From assembly GCA_964016885.1 (NCBI GenBank), contig OZ024740.1:3162001-3226000 (forward strand): 64,000 nucleotides of DNA, written 5' to 3'. The position numbers were made by a program, and so were the translations under genes. Of this stretch, positions 60,518 to 64,000 are shown piece by piece (the stretch's first letter is position 1; each line of letters begins with the position of its first letter). Source of the DNA: Eledone cirrhosa. Its lineage: Eukaryota. Under the pieces are notes generated by a model. It ran no database searches and was not told the origin of the DNA. It saw only the letters and a list, made by a program, of their open reading frames with translations.

Positions 60518-60680
60518 AGAAATTATTACCATTAACTATCAATACTAGCAAATATTTCATTAAGTCCTGACCTTTCCTTTTAACTGGCATCAGATGAAAG
60601 CAATGTCACTCACTGTAATCCTCCCAGGTGGCGTAGCAGTAGACCTACACTGAGCTTGTGTTCCTAACTTTATTAAAAAT

Positions 60681-60872
60681 GGCGGTAGATTGGCAGTATC
60701 AGTAGAGGGTCGGACGCCATGCTTTGCAGCATAGACTTACGGCCCTTTACAGTCTCAGTTCAATTCCTGCCGCGGTCAACTTTGCCTTTCATCCTTATGG
60801 GTCAATTAAATAAAGTACCAGTAATGCACTGGGATATTTGCCGGCCTTGTGCCAAATGTAGAAACAATTATT
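60681..60872 (+). mobile_element. Degenerate tRNA-derived SINE
   Basis: A-box-like TGGCAGTATCAG (60691) and B-box-like GTTCAATTCC (60758-60767), then GGTCAACTTTGCCTTTCATCCTT...AAGTACCAG. From memory this resembles an abundant octopus SINE body (unverified). Confidence 0.65.
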
Positions 60873-60924
60873 TAAAGTGTGTATGTGTAGCTATCTGTTG
60901 CCTCCAGCCATGCCCTCTACCCAT

Positions 60925-61015
60925 AAAAAAAATAAACTCAGCAATTCCTATGAAAATAAAACAAAAAAAAGCAAAAAACAAACAAACAAACCAAAAACAT
61001 AAAAAAGAAATAAAA
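60925..61015 (+). repeat. A-rich low-complexity tract
   Basis: Runs of A interrupted by single C/T/G (AAACAAACAAAC...). Confidence 0.8.
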
Positions 61016-61124
61016 AGTGAGTGAGAGACGAAGGAATATTTTGATCTGCTAGAAATATCATTGAAAACTAACATATCTGATCCCATTTGCTATTTTGTAT
61101 GTTTACAAGTGTCAGATTAGTGTG

Positions 61125-62080
61125 TACTGTTGCTACACCTGCTCCCTATTGTCTACGGTACTGTTGCTAGACCTGCTCCCTATTGTCTACGGTACTGTTG
61201 CTAGACCTGCTCCCTATTGTCTACGGTACTGTTGCTAGACCTGCTCCCTATTGTCTACGGTACTGTTGCTAGACCTGCTCCCTATTGTCTACGGTACTGT
61301 TGCTAGACCTGCTCCCTCTTGTCTACGGTACTGTTGCTAGACCTGCTCCCTATTGTCTACGGTACTGTTGCTACACCTGCTCCCTATTGTCTACGGTACT
61401 GTTGCTACACCTGCTCCCTATTGTCTACGGTACTGTTGCTAGACCTGCTCCCTATTGTCTACGGTACTGTTGCTAGACCTGCTCCCTATTGTCTACGGTA
61501 CTGTTGCTAGACCTGCTCCCTATTGTCTACGGTACTGTTGCTAGACCTGCTCCCTATTGTCTACGGTACTGTTGCTAGACCTGCTCCCTCTTGTCTACGG
61601 TACTGTTGCTAGACCTGCTCCCTATTGTCTACGGTACTGTTGCTACACCTGCTCCCTATTGTCTACGGTACTGTTGCTAGACCTGCTCCCTATTGTCTAC
61701 GGTACTGTTGCTAGACCTGCTCCCTATTGTCTACGGTACTGTTGCTAGACCTGCTCCCTCTTGTCTACGGTACTGTTGCTAGACCTGCTCCCTATTGTCT
61801 ACGGTACTGTTGCTAGACCTGCTCCCTATTGTCTACGGTACTGTTGCTAGACCTGCTCCCTATTGTCTACGGTACTGTTGCTAGACCTGCTCCCTATTGT
61901 CTACGGTACTGTTGCTACACCTGCTCCCTATTGTCTACGGTACTGTTGCTACACCTGCTCCCTATTGTCTACGGTACTGTTGCTACACCTGCTCCCTCTT
62001 GTTTACTGTACTGTTGCTAGACCTGCTCCCTATTGTCTACGGTACTGTTGCTACACCTGCTCCCTCTTGTTTACTGTTGC
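61125..62080. repeat. 34-bp minisatellite, ~28 copies, consensus TACTGTTGCTAGACCTGCTCCCTATTGTCTACGG
   Basis: Period of 34 (TACTGT at 61125, 61159, ...). Near-perfect copies with recurring variants TAGAC/TACAC and CCTATT/CCTCTT. Confidence 0.97.
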
Positions 62081-62177
62081 CACTACTGGGCAGCTCCCTG
62101 TTTAGAGTCACTTGTGTAACCTCTCTCACAGATGTGATGTCACAACGCTGGCATTACTCAGTATTTCTATGGGTATT

Positions 62178-62525
62178 CATCATCATCATCATCATTTCAT
62201 TTTACGTCCCCTTTTTCCCTGCTTGCAAGGGTGGGACGGGAACTGATTCTGGCTAGATTTCTACAGCTGGATGCCCTTCCTAACACCAACCTCATTTACA
62301 GTGAGTGCTGGGTGCTTTTTTTGCCGTGGCACCTCCACGACCACTTTGCAGTGGAATGATAGGGACCCCAGTCCCTATCATCTCATTTCTACAGCTGAGT
62401 AAACTGGAGCAATGTGAAATAAAGTGTCTTGCTCAAGGAAACAACACATCACTCGGTCTGAGAATTGAACTCACAACCTTTCGATTGCAAGGCCGATGCT
62501 CTAACCACTAAGCCATGTGCCTCCA
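62178..62525 (-). mobile_element. tRNA-derived CORE-like SINE with an (ATG)n tail
   Basis: On the minus strand: A box TGGCTTAGTGG (62515-62505), B box GTTCAATTC (62470-62462), CORE-like CCTTGAGCAAGACACTT...CAGCTGTAGAAATGAG, body GGTTGGTGTTAGGAAGGGCATCCAGCTGTAGAAA and an (ATG)6 tail at 62195-62178. It could be two nested fragments rather than one element. Confidence 0.75.
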
Positions 62526-62937
62526 TGTATTAATGAATTACATTCTCTAGTACCCCAAAACCCAGACTTTCTCTTCTAGGACCTGTTTCACTAAGTCCAT
62601 TCAGGCAAACCATCTACACTTTCTTGGTATTTCTAACATCAGACACAAATTTCAAAGAAACGGTTTCATTCCTAGAACTACATCTCTATGGAACAAATTG
62701 CCTAGTGATTGCTTTTCTTGTGGTTACAACATTGACCTGTTTTAAGAAAAGGGTCAATAAATACCTCCCTATAATCCCATCCAAACTACCAATTCATTCA
62801 TCATTTTCACACTTACAGCAATCTCCCTTCCATTTCCCCTCATCATCCTTTTCTCTCTGTTTACCCTGTCATGTAACCTTGAGTGGCTTTAAAGCCTTGT
62901 TATGTGGAAACCTTTAGTACATATAAATAAATAAATC

Positions 62938-63170
62938 TTTAACTCTTTCCTTATATTTTTAATGAAAGACACTGCTTATGGTTTTCAAAGACTTTTGAAA
63001 GCAATCAAGAATTTGGAAAGATTTAGCAAAATAATTAACTTTCTCATTATTAAGCCGGTGCTTGGAACATAACATAACAAAGGTTCTTAACTAAAATTAT
63101 GATGGCAGAAATTTTAAATAATTATATACAGTTTGAAATGAATAACATATTGTAGAACAAGGGGCAGTTT
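62938..63170. mobile_element. AT-rich probable degenerate interspersed repeat (possible DNA-transposon/MITE remnant)
   Basis: Begins TTAACTCTTT. The segment TTTAGCAAAATAATTAACTTTCTCATTATTAAGCCGGTGCTTGGAACATAA resembles a remembered octopus repeat. No matching terminal inverted repeat was found. Confidence 0.3.
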
Positions 63171-63196
63171 CATGTAATTCAGTGTCTAAAGAATTT

Positions 63197-63940
63197 ACAA
63201 AAAGCGCCCAGTCCACACTGTAAAGTGGTCATGTAGGTGTCACAACAAAAAGCACCCAGTCCACACTGTAAAGTGGTCGTGTAGGTGTCACAACAAAAAT
63301 CACCCAGTCTACACTGTAAAGTGGTCGTGTAGGTGTCACAACAAAAAGCACCCAGCACACACTGTAAAGTGGTCGTGTAGGTGTCACAACAAAAATCACC
63401 CAGTCTACACTGTAAAGTGGTTGTGTAGGTGTCACAACAAAAATCACCCAGTCTACACTGTAAAGTGGTCGTGTAGGTGTCACAACAAAAAGCACACAGC
63501 ACACACTGTGAAGTGGTCGTGTAGGTGTCACAACAAAAAGCACCCAGTACACACTGTAAAGTGGTTGTGTAGGTGTCACAACAAAAATCACCCAGTCTAC
63601 ACTGTAAAGTGGTCGTGTAGGTGTCATAACAAAAAGCACCCAGCACACTGTAAAGTGGTCATGTAGGTGTCACAACAAAAAGCACCCAGTCTACACTGTA
63701 AAGTGGTAATGTAGGTGTCACAACAAAAACCACCCAGTACACACTGTAAAGTGGTTGTGTAGGTGTCACAACAAAAACCACCCAGCACACTGTAAAGTGG
63801 TTGTGTAGGTGTCACAACAAAAACCACCCAGTACACACTGTAAAGTGGTTGTGTAGGTGTCACAACAAAAACCACCCAGTACACACTGTAAAGTGGTTGT
63901 GTAGGTGTCACAACAAAAACCACCCAGTACTCACTGTAAA
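63197..63940. repeat. 48-bp telomere-adjacent tandem repeat, ~15.5 copies (CACAACAAAAAGCACCCAGTACACACTGTAAAGTGGTCGTGTAGGTGT)
   Basis: Period of 48 (CACAAC at 63241, 63289, ...); two 46-bp units near 63640 and 63783; homologous to the SINE body at 62279-62353 in inverted orientation. Confidence 0.96.
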
Positions 63941-63947
63941 TGTGGTT

Positions 63948-64000
63948 GGGTTAGGGTTAGGGTTAGGGTTAGGGTTAGGGTTAGGGTTAGGGTTAGGGTT
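63948..64000 (+). repeat. Telomeric repeat (TTAGGG)n, G-rich strand pointing to the window end
   Basis: GGG followed by 8 perfect TTAGGG copies (63951-63998) plus TT. The orientation fits a right-hand chromosome end. Only ~50 bp are visible, so an interstitial tract is not excluded. Confidence 0.9.

Noticed and set aside
61125-62080. CRISPR-like array (34-bp period)
   Set aside because: Head-to-tail repeats with no unique spacers, no cas genes, and a eukaryotic context.
61285-62256. Several 63-119 aa Cys/Leu-rich ORFs
   Set aside because: They are translations of the 34-bp minisatellite in rotating frames, with non-ATG starts.
62450-62525. Functional tRNA gene on the minus strand
   Set aside because: A and B boxes are present, but the stems pair poorly and it runs into a CORE-like body, so it is a SINE head.
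60719-62917. ORFs 60719-61024, 60868-61086, 62305-62511 and 62624-62917 as host genes
   Set aside because: They overlap SINEs or A-rich and low-complexity DNA and show no recognisable domains.
63179-63923. Cys-rich 16-aa repeat ORFs (CCDTYTTTLQC...) suggesting a metallothionein- or keratin-like protein
   Set aside because: By-product of a 48-bp unit divisible by 3. The frames are broken by 46-bp units and the unit derives from a SINE.

Overview
Eukaryotic chromosome end, probably from an octopod cephalopod (inferred from remembered SINE motifs, not a database search). About 56 kb (1-6987 and 11001-60517) is one C-rich satellite made of interspersed 11-bp (CACTAATACCT) and 10-bp (CACTAGACCT) monomers, organised into nested kb-scale duplications. 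It is interrupted once by a ~4.0-kb, apparently 5'-truncated L1/Tx1-type non-LTR retrotransposon with an intact APE-RT-CCHC ORF2 and essentially no target-site duplication. A ~3.4-kb subtelomere follows: two tRNA-derived SINEs, a 34-bp minisatellite and a 48-bp tandem repeat. It runs into (TTAGGG)n at the window end. Three observations stand out. (1) The telomere joins inside SINE-derived sequence exactly at a telomere-like GGTTGG(T)GTTAGG motif, and an uninterrupted inverted copy of that sequence lies 1.6 kb inward. (2) The LINE ORF2 is bracketed by a consensus splice donor overlapping the upstream stop codon and a candidate acceptor overlapping its own stop codon. (3) The LINE sits cleanly in a recurring satellite landmark. 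No host protein-coding gene is evident. All alignments were done by eye.
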